Assembly (NCBI GenBank): GCA_020184695.1
Contig: JAANOX010000276.1
Location: forward strand, 62,001 to 126,000
Origin: Histomonas meleagridis 2922-C6/04-290x
Lineage: Eukaryota > Protista > Parabasalia
Direction of reading: 5' to 3'
DNA: 64,000 bases
In this document: piece after piece, positions 11,563 through 22,595 of the stretch
Numbering within the stretch: the stretch's first letter is position 1
Layout: each line of letters begins with the position of its first letter
Position numbers and translations under genes: made by a program
Notes under the pieces: generated by a model
The model's database searches: none
What the model was told of the DNA's origin: nothing
Seen by the model: the letters and a program-made list of their open reading frames with translations, nothing else

Positions 11563-12206
11563 ATATTCTCAATCTTTTCCTTAGGTAACCTATGGTTATT
11601 AATCGTACATCTTAGACAGTAGCTTATCTTTGCTAAGCTTTGAATAAACAATCTAGTTTTTTACTTTCTGTTTTTATTCAATGTATTGTTTCATGCTACA
11701 TTTATTATACAATAGAAAGAATGAAAACCTTCTCTCTGTTTTTATAAAAAAAATGCGCCTTCACTCATAGGAAATTGTAATAATTAATAATTAATAACTT
11801 AAGAAAATTCTTACAAAAAATTAAATTTGCGCAAACTATCAACCAAGTAAAGCCCTACGGACCTTTTAAAACAATTCCAATAATTTTTGAAATAACTTGT
11901 GAATTACATGTTTCACAATGATATCACTGTTAATAATATCAATTGGAATATTCCAATTGATTTTTTAAAAATGAAAAAAATTATATATCCATTATTGCCA
12001 TTCACAACAAATTTTTTGAACTTTTCTTTATGGGATAATGCCCAAAATTAAGAACCTATAAATAGGGAATTCATCTGCACTGGGCACAATTCATTGCCCA
12101 TAAACGTTTTTTCACTACAATTTTGAATGAGTTAAACGGCTATTATTTTTGAAAAGGTTTAGCAGCATCAAAATGTTTGATGTGGTGATTGTTTACTTAT
12201 GGAAGT

Positions 12207-13562
12207 TTACATTTCGTCATCTTCCTCTTCTTCACCATCTTCGACTGATTCAGAAGCAACTTCATCATAATCCTTTTCAAGGAGTGCAAGATCTTCACGT
12301 GCTTCAGGGAATTCAGCTTCTTCCATACCTTCACCTACGTACCAATGAACGAAAGCTCTTTTAGCGTACATAAGGTCGAATTTATGGTCGAGTCTACTCC
12401 AAGCCTCAGCGATAGCAGTAGTGTTAGCCAACATGCAAACAGCGCGTTGAACCTTAGCAAGATCACCACCAGGAACAACAGTTGGAGGCTGATAGTTGAT
12501 ACCCATCTTGAAACCAGTTGGGCACCAATCGACGAATTGGATTGTGCGCTTTGTCTTGATTGTAGCTACGGCGGCAGATACATCCTTAGGTACGACATCA
12601 CCACGGTACAATAATGTGCATGCCATATACTTACCGTGACGTGGATCGCATTTAACCATCATATTAGCTGGCTCGAAAAGTGAGTTCGTGATTTCGGCGA
12701 CAGATAATTGTTCGTGATATGCCTTTTCGGCTGAGATGACTGGTGCATATGAACAGATTGGGAAGTGGATACGTGCATATGGAACAAGGTTAGTTTGGAA
12801 TTCGTTGAAATCGACGTTGAGTGCACCATCGAAACGAAGAGATGCAGTAAGGGAAGAAACAACTTGACCAATCAAACGGTTCAAGTTGGTGTAAGTTGGC
12901 CTTTCGATATCTAATGCACGGCGGCAGATATCATAAAGTGCTTCGTTATCGACCATGAATGCGCAATCAGAATGATCAATCATAGCATGGGTGGCGAGGA
13001 TTGAGTTGTATGGCTCGACAACTGCTGTTGATACTTGTGGTGCTGGATAAACTGTGAACTCGAGCTTGGACTTCTTGCCATAATCGACAGAAAGACGCTC
13101 AAGAAGAAGTGAACCAAAACCAGAGCCTGTGCCGCCACCGAAGGAGTGGAAGATAAGGAATCCTTGAAGACCAGTGCATTGGTCAGCGAGTTTACGGATA
13201 CGATCAAGAGTCAGATCGATGATTTCCTTACCAACGGTATAATGACCACGGGCATAGTTATTGGCTGCGTCTTCTTTGCCATTGATGAGTTGATCTGGGT
13301 GGAAAAGTTGACGATATGTACCAGTACGGACTTCATCCATACATGTGGGCTCGAGATCTACAAAGACTGCGCGCGGGACATGTTTGCCTGAGCCCGTTTC
13401 GGAGAAGAAGGTGTTGAAGGCATCATCGCATACACCGATAGTTTTATCGGAGGGCATTTGGCCATCTGGCTGAATGCCGTGCTCAAGGCAGTAGAGTTCC
13501 CAGCATCCGTTACCGATTTGAACGCCGCATTGACCAACATGGATAGAAATAACTTCACGCAT
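12207..13562 (-). CDS. TUBA: Alpha-tubulin
   Basis: [11 protein letters not shown] start, GGGTGSG motif, K40 retained, parabasalid-type [11 protein letters not shown]; Inr-like TCACTT ~12 nt upstream of the ATG. Confidence 0.99.
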   Translation of the reverse strand: MREVISIHVGQCGVQIGNGCWELYCLEHGIQPDGQMPSDKTIGVCDDAFNTFFSETGSGKHVPRAVFVDLEPTCMDEVRTGTYRQLFHPDQLINGKEDAANNYARGHYTVGKEIIDLTLDRIRKLADQCTGLQGFLIFHSFGGGTGSGFGSLLLERLSVDYGKKSKLEFTVYPAPQVSTAVVEPYNSILATHAMIDHSDCAFMVDNEALYDICRRALDIERPTYTNLNRLIGQVVSSLTASLRFDGALNVDFNEFQTNLVPYARIHFPICSYAPVISAEKAYHEQLSVAEITNSLFEPANMMVKCDPRHGKYMACTLLYRGDVVPKDVSAAVATIKTKRTIQFVDWCPTGFKMGINYQPPTVVPGGDLAKVQRAVCMLANTTAIAEAWSRLDHKFDLMYAKRAFVHWYVGEGMEEAEFPEAREDLALLEKDYDEVASESVEDGEEEEDDEM

Positions 13563-14278
13563 TATGAAGAATGAAGTGACAGCGAAAAAGATAAACGGAC
13601 AATTATTTGAGAGCTATAATAACGTATTAATTTCAATGAAATAAACGGTTATTGGCCAATGAATTTTTATCGTTTTCAAACGACAAAAAAGTGCGATAAT
13701 TCGAACAGAGTACTGTTAACGTTTGTAAAATAAAATGGGCGGTGCAACGTAGAGGTGTTCTGCAGAAGGAGCTGAAGCACATCTGTTACCCCCGCACATG
13801 GATAACGTTGAATACAAAAGAAGCAAAAATTGCGTGGCGGTTTTATTTAACCAATTTTAACACAAAAACGAAATGTCATGTAAAGACGATAAGTACTCAA
13901 CCGTGCAAATTGTCAGATAAAATGAAAGTTTTTTGGACTTTTAAAACCGTTGTTTGCTTTGAAAATGTTCTCGCTCAAAAACAAGAATAATACAATGCGA
14001 TCATTTATTAGGGCTGAACACTCAAAGCGCAGAAATTTATTTTTATAGATTGTGGTCAATTTTTTGCGGAAAGAGAAATTTTGGTAAAGAATTTCTGGCA
14101 GATGAAAACTATTTTCTCTTCAAATAAAATGGATTTTTAATATAAAAATATTACAAGCTGCTTTTGATATTAAAAAAATTGTTGAGAAATTTAATATTAA
14201 TGCTGTATTTGAACACAAACATTATTTTTTTTCTTCAGCGAACAGCGGTTTTGATCGTCATTTACTTCATTTTTTTGG

Positions 14279-14863
14279 ATGGATGAAGTATCAAAATACA
14301 AAATTGTTCTTACTGGAAGTGCTGACGTCGGTAAAACATCTTTGTTGACTCGTATTACAAAAAATTATTTTTCCAAAACATATAATCCAACTGTTGGAAT
14401 TGGATTTGGATTTTGGGAAACAGTAGTGGAAGGACACACAGTCAGACTGCAAATTTGGGATACTGCAGGAACAGAAAGATATCAATCTATAACTCCAATT
14501 TATTATCAAAATGCAGAAGCAGCACTTATATGTTATTCCTTAAAACAAACAGAAAAAGAATCAGAAGAAGCAGTAAAATTTTGGGTTAAGAAATTTTTAG
14601 ATACTGTACAATCTAAACCAATATTTATTGTAGGAAATAAGAGAGACAAAAATGATACGATATCAGATGAAATGGAGAGGTACCTCAAAGAGCAAGGAAA
14701 ATATAAGTTATACAAAGTGTCTGCTAAAACTGGTGAAGGAGTAATTGATCTTTTCAGCAGTGTAGCTAAAGAGGTTTGGAAAAACTCATTTCCAAAATCC
14801 GAATTTTTGGAACAAAATACGAGGGTTTCTGGTCCTCCGCAAAAAACGAGTTGCTCATGCTGA
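14279..14863 (+). CDS. Rab-family small GTPase
   Basis: GSADVGKT, WDTAGTERY, NKRD, SAK motifs and a C-terminal CSC prenylation motif. Confidence 0.95.
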   Translation: MDEVSKYKIVLTGSADVGKTSLLTRITKNYFSKTYNPTVGIGFGFWETVVEGHTVRLQIWDTAGTERYQSITPIYYQNAEAALICYSLKQTEKESEEAVKFWVKKFLDTVQSKPIFIVGNKRDKNDTISDEMERYLKEQGKYKLYKVSAKTGEGVIDLFSSVAKEVWKNSFPKSEFLEQNTRVSGPPQKTSCSC

Positions 14864-15192
14864 TTATCTTGTTTTTTACTGTGTAAATATTATATATTGA
14901 AAAATGTATAAAACTGTATTGAAATAATGGTGGGCATTTTTTCTTCTTTCAAGGCAAAAAGTCATTTGTATTTAAAGTTGAAAAATTTTAAAAATTCTTT
15001 TACAAGTTAAAATTGATTTCAAACCAATTAACAACAATCTGCAACGCCCAATGTGTGTATAAAAACATATTCCATTTAAAAAAATTGCAAGAAAATTTTT
15101 GAAAAATCGTCTAATTTTAACTCTAATTTATGAAGAAAAAAAATACACTTCTTTGGAGTTGTTCGAAAAATCTACTTATTGTCAAATTACTT

Positions 15193-15702
15193 TTAGTAAG
15201 TCCAAGAACTACCATCCATGTACTTGCATCCTATCTCACATACTTCATATTGTTCTTCAGGATGACCAAGGGCAGTTGTATGCGCACGACACAAGGATTG
15301 GCATTTTGATAAACTTCCATAGAGAGGTGGATATGAGCAGCAACCGTATTCGCAATCATAGTATTCACTAGTATGCCCATTTTTTTTGTCGTAACGTCTT
15401 TCGCAATAACGCTCGTAATCATTCCTAACAACAACATAGTTCCAATTTTTCTCAGGTTTGATGGTTTGTTTTGGCTTTGTTATAAATTTCACTTGCTTCT
15501 TACTTTGTACAAGACAGCCTGCCTTGCAAGCATGTTCTAATGATGTAGTGTTAAATTTTTCGCAAAACTTGAAGCATTTTTTGCTTGAGGCAACGAAGCA
15601 ACCGCAACGATCAAACAGTTAAATTTTCTTATAGTTTGGATAAATCTCAGTGTTTCTTGATATTAAAATGATAAAAATTAGGGTATGTAACATCCAAAAC
15701 AT
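15193..15702 (-). pseudogene. Secreted cysteine-rich protein with a single in-frame TAA at codon 28
   Basis: ATG 15702 gives a signal peptide (MFWMLHTLIFIILISR) in frame with ORF 15193-15492. The only interruption is TAA at 15621-15619. Three C-x3-C...C-x2-G-C units (first Cys absent in unit 2). Confidence 0.7.
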
Positions 15703-16379
15703 CGCATTTACAAAAACATCAGTTTTAAGTTAGTAAATAATGATTCAAGAAATATTTAGGACACAGCTGCACGTGCTGATGTGAATTGCATGGCTGATAG
15801 GGAAATTAACCGGCAATTAAATAGTAAAGAATTGCTAGAAACTTTGCACAAAATATATTATGTAAAAAAACAAAACAGAGCCTATTTTCTATGGAAATTG
15901 ATTTATTGTGAAAAATCAAAATTTTATTGAAATTTAATAAAATATTCAGAAATTCCTAAATTACATTATGCATATTCATAATATATAGAGTTTTCAGGTA
16001 GGGACAAACCGTTGACATCATTTCTTCATTATTAAAAGGCAATTTATAAAAATACTCTATGTAATTCTTTGAGACAATTTTTTTTTTGAATGCACCCCCA
16101 CTAAACGAGGCATTCCAAAATTTTCCTGGATTTAATTTATTATAACGCCTAAATGAAATCTTAATTTTTTTCAACATAATTTCAAAAAAGCATTAACAAA
16201 ATATATAATATGACTAAATATTTAACGATCTTATATTACATATTATTTATGCTAAAATATTTCATTCATATAAAGAAATAAAACTTTACTTTTGTAAATA
16301 TTCCCAATTCTTCACATAAGAAGGCATAATCGAATGATAATATTATTTCAACACTTTACTTATTTACTTTTTATTAAAA

Positions 16380-17693
16380 TTATTCATCATAAGGCGTTAT
16401 AGGAAGCCTTATGTCATCCAAATTTAACTTACACAAATTAGCCTGTTCTGTAGTTGTTGCCTTCAGCATACAATAATAGTACGCCCAATTGTCCATAGCC
16501 AGCGCGGTCATCTTCGCCTTATAACTCCATTTGCCTCTGCTTGTTTCGATTACCCAACGCGCGGCTTTGCGGATACTTTCGTTACCCAAATCCGGCATTC
16601 CATACGCCTCCGAAAATCTGTATTCGAGGTCCCATTTGAGCTCATTATGTTTCGGATTCATTAATATATCTCCGTAATATTGCGCATAATCAATTAACCC
16701 GCGCTTGGAACTAACTGTGTATACTCGAAACGCGGGATTATTGTTGTGCGATGGTGAAATACTAGGACTGGAAAGGGTATAACCTTTCGATTGACCTGTT
16801 TCCCCAAAAATAGGCATGAATAAGTCATAATGACTATGACCAACTAAAAGATTTTCGATTTTATATTCTTTGACAATCTTGTCGAAAATGTCAATGTACT
16901 TAGTGTGCCAGCCTTGCGACGCTTTGACATCGGAATAGCCCGGTGGAATATGCATCGTAATCAAAATTTGGAGATCTTTGTTTTGAGCATCAATAATGGT
17001 TTTTCGGAGCCAGGAGAACTGGCCATGTGGATCTGTGTCATTGATTTCGGCTCGGACTGTACTATATGCGACCGTATTCAAAACGATGATTCGAAGATTT
17101 CCTTCAATGTAGTCATAATAATAATAGCCTCCTTTAAGAAATGTGTCCAATTGTTCGCCTTTTAGCGCTAGACGAGTAAATGTTGAAATTTTTTTGAAAT
17201 CTGTGGAATCAGTTTCGAAACTACCATAGTTCTTGAAAAAATCATTGTTCCCAAGGGAAAAGAATAGAGGAATATTAGGATAGATGTTGCCAATTTGATT
17301 AACAACATTTTCAACTAATGCTTTATGTTCTTCTTCATTGAGACCAAGACCATGTGCTGGTGCATCGCCTCCAAAAATAATAAATTTAGGATCTTTGCAA
17401 AATCTTGGCACTACTTCAAGCATTGACATGAATGTTGCATTCGGTGTGTCACAATTGTATTGGCCGTATTCATGTGTTGAATTTTCATGGAGAAATTCTG
17501 GATCTTGGCAATAATATGGATGTTGTGGTAATCCGTTTGGAACGTATTTTATATCTAAATGTACATCATTGACAAAAAGAAAATCAAAAATAATTTCTTT
17601 GTCCCATGGCCGCGTTAAAACTAACGATGATATGATTCCTATTACTACAATAACTGATGACAAAGCAAGCACAACAACAATAGAAGATTTCAT
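16380..17693 (-). CDS. Acid sphingomyelinase-like / endopolyphosphatase-like metallophosphoesterase
   Basis: DVHLD, GGD, GNND, MHIPPG and GHSH metal-binding motifs, SPSISP motif, N-terminal TM anchor. Confidence 0.9.
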   Translation of the reverse strand: MKSSIVVVLALSSVIVVIGIISSLVLTRPWDKEIIFDFLFVNDVHLDIKYVPNGLPQHPYYCQDPEFLHENSTHEYGQYNCDTPNATFMSMLEVVPRFCKDPKFIIFGGDAPAHGLGLNEEEHKALVENVVNQIGNIYPNIPLFFSLGNNDFFKNYGSFETDSTDFKKISTFTRLALKGEQLDTFLKGGYYYYDYIEGNLRIIVLNTVAYSTVRAEINDTDPHGQFSWLRKTIIDAQNKDLQILITMHIPPGYSDVKASQGWHTKYIDIFDKIVKEYKIENLLVGHSHYDLFMPIFGETGQSKGYTLSSPSISPSHNNNPAFRVYTVSSKRGLIDYAQYYGDILMNPKHNELKWDLEYRFSEAYGMPDLGNESIRKAARWVIETSRGKWSYKAKMTALAMDNWAYYYCMLKATTTEQANLCKLNLDDIRLPITPYDE

Positions 17694-17881
17694 GAAGTAT
17701 TGCTGTGTTGCTGGTGTTTGTCAGAAACCACTTTTTTAAGAACGATGCTTCAATTTCAATCAAATCGGCAGTTATGTGAGGTCAAAATTGTGTGATTGTA
17801 AACATTTCAAAAAGTCGTTTGAATAAAATTAAATTTTATTTGAAATGTTTATGTGGTAAACGGGTGAGTCTAAACGTAAAT

Positions 17882-19003
17882 ATGAAAAAAGGAAATGTAA
17901 AATCACCAAGAAGAATTATTCCAAAAGAAATTTCACATATAAAAAATAGTGGTTTTTCAACACCTAGATTTGAAAATAAGAAAATAAATCAAAATGATTT
18001 TGTCTTTAAAGACACAGATTCAAATCAAAGTAAAAAGCCATCAAAAACCATCAAAGAAAATATTGAAATGAGACATATAATAAATAAAAAACAAGAAGAA
18101 TATGAAAATCGAATTAATTCATTAAAAAAAGATATCCAACAAATTGACAATGAGTTAGAAATTTCAAAAAACATTTCTCAACAGAAGACAACACTTCTTT
18201 GGAAACAATTAAAATCATTAAATGAACATGTTTCTATTCTAGCAAATAAATCAAATCTTGATCAAAGTGATGAAACTCCTCAAATGTTAAAATCGCAAAT
18301 TAGTATTACACAAGATGAATTAGAAAGTCTTAAAAATACGGCACTTCATATTCAAAAATCATGTGAAGAGATTGAAAATGAAATCAATGAATTAAATTAT
18401 TTAATTAATATAATTCCAAATGATTCAGCCGATATTTTAGAAATTGCTAAGTTACAAATAAGTTGTAAAGTTCACCGTTCAATTAGAGACTCAAAACTTA
18501 AATATCAAAATCACCAAAAATTTGTTCAACAGCTTGAAGACCAATTTCAATGTATTACAATCGTCAACACAGAAATTTCAGAAGACAACCGTAATATTAA
18601 CAACAGAATTAAAAAACTCGAAGAAGATTATTTACAATTTCAAGACCAAAGAGAGAAAATGTTAGATTTATTAAACAATTCTACTACTAAAGTTTCATTA
18701 CCATCATTACGGTCAACACTTTCAGATATTAAATTACAACATCGAACTGAAATTTATGAAATTCGTTCAGAATATAAACGTCAAATATCAGAAATCGAAT
18801 CACAAATTCAACAACTATCTAAAGAAAATGATGAAAAATGTCAAATAATTGAATACTTAAATACTAAAATTAATGATTTAACAGCAGAAACGTTAAACAT
18901 TCAAGAAAAAGGCAGATTGGAAATCCAACGAATCCAACGTAAAAACAAAGAAGAGATCAATAACATTCGCAAACGATATCAATATCAAAACACGATTAAA
19001 TAG
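17882..19003 (+). CDS. Long coiled-coil protein
   Basis: Heptad-rich ORF; first convincing ATG at 17882; overlaps the convergent gene by 8 bp. Confidence 0.75.
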   Translation: MKKGNVKSPRRIIPKEISHIKNSGFSTPRFENKKINQNDFVFKDTDSNQSKKPSKTIKENIEMRHIINKKQEEYENRINSLKKDIQQIDNELEISKNISQQKTTLLWKQLKSLNEHVSILANKSNLDQSDETPQMLKSQISITQDELESLKNTALHIQKSCEEIENEINELNYLINIIPNDSADILEIAKLQISCKVHRSIRDSKLKYQNHQKFVQQLEDQFQCITIVNTEISEDNRNINNRIKKLEEDYLQFQDQREKMLDLLNNSTTKVSLPSLRSTLSDIKLQHRTEIYEIRSEYKRQISEIESQIQQLSKENDEKCQIIEYLNTKINDLTAETLNIQEKGRLEIQRIQRKNKEEINNIRKRYQYQNTIK

Positions 19004-20993
19004 ATTTTTTATTTAAAAAATTTTTAATTTCATCAAAAACGTTTTTATAATTATCAATTTCTATTCCATCAAATTCATTTTCATCAAATTTTTTAATAAT
19101 TTTTGGATACAATAAATATTTTGTTAATTCACTAATGTTTTCATTTTTATATAATTCCATCCATTTCGATTTCAATTTTTTTATTATTAAAATCCCAACT
19201 AAAATCAAATTAAATGGATTAACAAATATTTTATTATCAATTTCATCAACAAAAAACATATTAAAAAACGAAGAAGCACAAAAAACAAACCATTCGTAAG
19301 GTGAAATTCTTAACTTCGAAAATATAATATATTCATTTTCGATACATATTATATATTCGAATAAAATTCCTAATGGAATTATATCATTTGATGTATTTAA
19401 ATTTATGTTTTTGTTTATTATTTTTAATATTTTTTCATTGTTTATATCAAACTCTTTTACTAATTTTTGTAATTCCTTCTTTAATAAAAGATTTGTATAT
19501 AAAATTTGTTGAATATAAAATGAAAATTTTTCATTTTTCATTGTTTTCATTTCGTTTAAAAGTATTAATAACTCATTTTCATTCGAAATTAAGCACATTT
19601 TTAAATGAATAAAATTAAAATCTTGTGAATTATTTTGAAACTTTTTAATGTATTTATTCGAATAATTTTTTTCTTTTTCATTTTTATTATTCAAAAATAT
19701 TTTGAATAAAGAATTAATACTAAATTTTGGTAAAGGAATATTTTTAAAAAACGAAATTTTTTCTGTGATTTTAATTATGTCTATAAATCGAATAATACTA
19801 CTAAAAATAGAAGAAATAATTTTTTCTATTTCACTTTTATTATTTTCTTTTTCATTTTCTAAAAGTTTCAATAGTTTTAAATAAAATGTTTCATTAAAAG
19901 GTATTAAAGGATTCATATAATATAAAATTAAAAAGTCACAAAACAAAAATAAAATTAAATTTGTTTCAGTTTCAATTTTTTCGTTAATGAAATTTAATAT
20001 TTCATTAAAATTATCCAAATTAAACATTGATGAAAAAGAAGAAAAAATATTTTTAATATAATCTAAAACATCGAAAGAAAACTCATTCAAATACGAAAAA
20101 GTATTTTTCAACGAATTTATCATTTTTTTGATACTTATTAAACCTTTTTTAGTTCCAATTAAAACGAAAATGAAAAAAGTAAAATTTCCTTTTTCGATAT
20201 AATCATTCGAAACTAATAAAATCTTTTCGAAGTTATTAGTTGGAAGTGTTTCAGTAAACCATTTAAGCGAAACATTAAAATTTAATAAAAGTTTTAAATT
20301 TTTTGAATACGAAAATTGTTCTAAAGTTAAATATAAATTTTTTTCAAGTTCTTCATCAAGAACAAATGAAATGTAATTACAAAACTTATTAAGAAATAGT
20401 GAAAGAGATGCAGAAAATTCAAATGTTACATTTTCGTTTCGCCAAATGTTTACAATGTTTCGTATTAGTGATAAATATTCGATTGTTTCAACAAGTTCGG
20501 GACCGCAACGAATTAATGAATATGAATAATGTCGAACAAATGGATCATTAGAGTTACAACTTTTAAAGAGAAGAGTATAATAATCGATTAATGATGTTGA
20601 TGATAATTCATTCGGATCAATATCATGAATATTTTGAAGATATGATGTGTCGTAAGTAGTGGCTTTTCGAAGTTGTTCTAAAAGTTCTTCAGAATTTTCG
20701 TTTTTGGTTGTGTTTCCTATGGGTGACCATAAGCCATTTTTGATTATTGAATGAATGATTAAACGAATTTTAGAACACGTTTCACTTAAAAGTTTACTGT
20801 AATGTTCGCTGTTTATAAAATATGTTTCATTTGATAAATATTTTTGTTTTATTGATTTTGGGAATGAATAAATTATTTGTCTGATCTTTGGTTTCATAAT
20901 CAAAGACGAACCAGTTTCATAAATACCTAAGAATTCTACATCTTCACCAATCATCTGGAAAACGAAATAAAAGAGTTCAATGTCTTCATTCAT
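18996..20993 (-). CDS. Hypothetical helical-repeat protein (665 aa)
   Basis: Uninterrupted 2-kb ORF in very AT-rich sequence; I/L/F/N/K-rich; no family recognised. Confidence 0.75.
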   Translation of the reverse strand: MNEDIELFYFVFQMIGEDVEFLGIYETGSSLIMKPKIRQIIYSFPKSIKQKYLSNETYFINSEHYSKLLSETCSKIRLIIHSIIKNGLWSPIGNTTKNENSEELLEQLRKATTYDTSYLQNIHDIDPNELSSTSLIDYYTLLFKSCNSNDPFVRHYSYSLIRCGPELVETIEYLSLIRNIVNIWRNENVTFEFSASLSLFLNKFCNYISFVLDEELEKNLYLTLEQFSYSKNLKLLLNFNVSLKWFTETLPTNNFEKILLVSNDYIEKGNFTFFIFVLIGTKKGLISIKKMINSLKNTFSYLNEFSFDVLDYIKNIFSSFSSMFNLDNFNEILNFINEKIETETNLILFLFCDFLILYYMNPLIPFNETFYLKLLKLLENEKENNKSEIEKIISSIFSSIIRFIDIIKITEKISFFKNIPLPKFSINSLFKIFLNNKNEKEKNYSNKYIKKFQNNSQDFNFIHLKMCLISNENELLILLNEMKTMKNEKFSFYIQQILYTNLLLKKELQKLVKEFDINNEKILKIINKNINLNTSNDIIPLGILFEYIICIENEYIIFSKLRISPYEWFVFCASSFFNMFFVDEIDNKIFVNPFNLILVGILIIKKLKSKWMELYKNENISELTKYLLYPKIIKKFDENEFDGIEIDNYKNVFDEIKNFLNKKSI

Positions 20994-21547
20994 TCATTTG
21001 GAGACCGTTTAGTCTTGTGTTTTTTCAAAATGTTACAACTTGTTGCTAAACATATTTGATTTTTGAATTAAGGATAAAAAATTCAAAACCAAATGTTAAT
21101 GTATTTTTTATCGAAAACATAATAATAAAATATTCGAAATGATCAAATATGAAGGAATATATTCAATGAACTTTGACAATATTGTACGTAAAGTATTTTT
21201 TGATGAAATAAATACACCTGCAATACATTTTGGTTTTTTAACATAATGATGAATTCGACGAACATTTTATTTATTTTCAGCATTTTTACAAATACAATAA
21301 TCAGAAATATACTAGTCACACGATATATCACAACATCAATATCCAAATCGATTTCAGCATTACCAAATTATATATGTAACTTTAAACTAAGTGTAATTAT
21401 AATATAATCATAATTATATTAACAAAATTGTTTATCATTCATTTATTAAAAGCGAACAATGACTAAATACATAGCTAATTCATGTAATTTAATATATATA
21501 TATATATAAAATATATCATAATAAAAGTTATTTGATTTTTTCTTTAC

Positions 21548-22042
21548 TCAAGATTTTTTTTCCTTGAAGTTATTTATTTTTAATGTATCAACTATAACAC
21601 CTTCATCTTCATTACTTAACTCACTTTTTATTTTTTGAGTAACATTATACTTATCATAGTTGTCTTTGATTCCTTTAATAACATTTTTTGATATTTTGAA
21701 GAATTCATCAAAATCAAATCCTAGATAATAAAGAGAATAATTATATTCATATATATTTGAAAAATTATACATATTTATTTGGTGTGCATTGTTGAATTTC
21801 TTAACCATATATAAAGATCTCTTTGGAATAATATTAAATTTGCGAAGCATTACCAGTGAATCATTGACTTTTACCATAATGTTTCTGGAATAATAAGTTT
21901 TTTCATTACGAATAATAAATAGACTCATTGCAAATTTAATAGGAACCATTACTGAAGTATTAATATCATTATTCTCTAGTTTTTGCGTTAACTTTAAAGG
22001 TATCTTTGAGCATAATCTCAGCGACAATAGTATTGTAAACAT
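21548..22042 (-). CDS. Small hypothetical protein with possible signal peptide
   Basis: 164-aa ATG ORF beginning MFTILLSLRLCS. Confidence 0.5.
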   Translation of the reverse strand: MFTILLSLRLCSKIPLKLTQKLENNDINTSVMVPIKFAMSLFIIRNEKTYYSRNIMVKVNDSLVMLRKFNIIPKRSLYMVKKFNNAHQINMYNFSNIYEYNYSLYYLGFDFDEFFKISKNVIKGIKDNYDKYNVTQKIKSELSNEDEGVIVDTLKINNFKEKKS

Positions 22043-22595
22043 TTAAAATGATATGAAAAAAACATAAAATTCATCATAATTTTATTTTTTCAAATATTTC
22101 GTAAATTCAATTATATAAAATTAAAACGAAAATGCTTTGAATTTAAGTTCCATGATATTTATTTTAATGTATAAAAAATTGGATAAAAAGCAAAAAGAAT
22201 TTAATACACCTTGTCGTGAAATCAAAAAGTAATACCTTCAGTATTTATATATATTTAAATTTCACGATAGTTCTTGGGAAATATTTAATATGATATTAAG
22301 TCCTTGTAAAATGTTATAAACCAATTGGAACGTTATTTCTGAGTATGGTTTGTTCAACAATATTAACACCTATCTTTGGTTATAACAATTGGCTTCTAAG
22401 CAATTTATGATTGTTATTTATAAAATAATATTCTATTCTCTGGTTTCAACAATTGATTTAATGATCAAAAATTAAAAATATATCTATTTAACATTATGAT
22501 CATAAAATTATTAATTGCAAAATGTTAAATATTTTTATATAAATATTTGTATAAATTTTAATTTATTTACGCATATATTTATTAATAACAACAGT

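Noticed and set aside
11399-11584. 61-aa TTG-started ORF spanning the snoRNA
   Set aside because: Non-ATG start, no domain, and fully explained by the promoter, intron and snoRNA.
12345-13558. Several alternative-frame and antisense ORFs inside alpha-tubulin (and similarly in rpS7, dynamin, reticulon and dynein)
   Set aside because: Shadows of biased codon usage in real genes; no independent motifs.
15619-15621. TAA/TAG-to-Gln reassignment as an explanation for in-frame stops
   Set aside because: Conserved genes (tubulin, rpS7, dynamin, dynein) terminate at TAA at the expected positions.
21090-21410. Minus-strand fragments with Cys motifs and a C-terminal hydrophobic segment
   Set aside because: Multiple stops and no recognisable family; too decayed to call.
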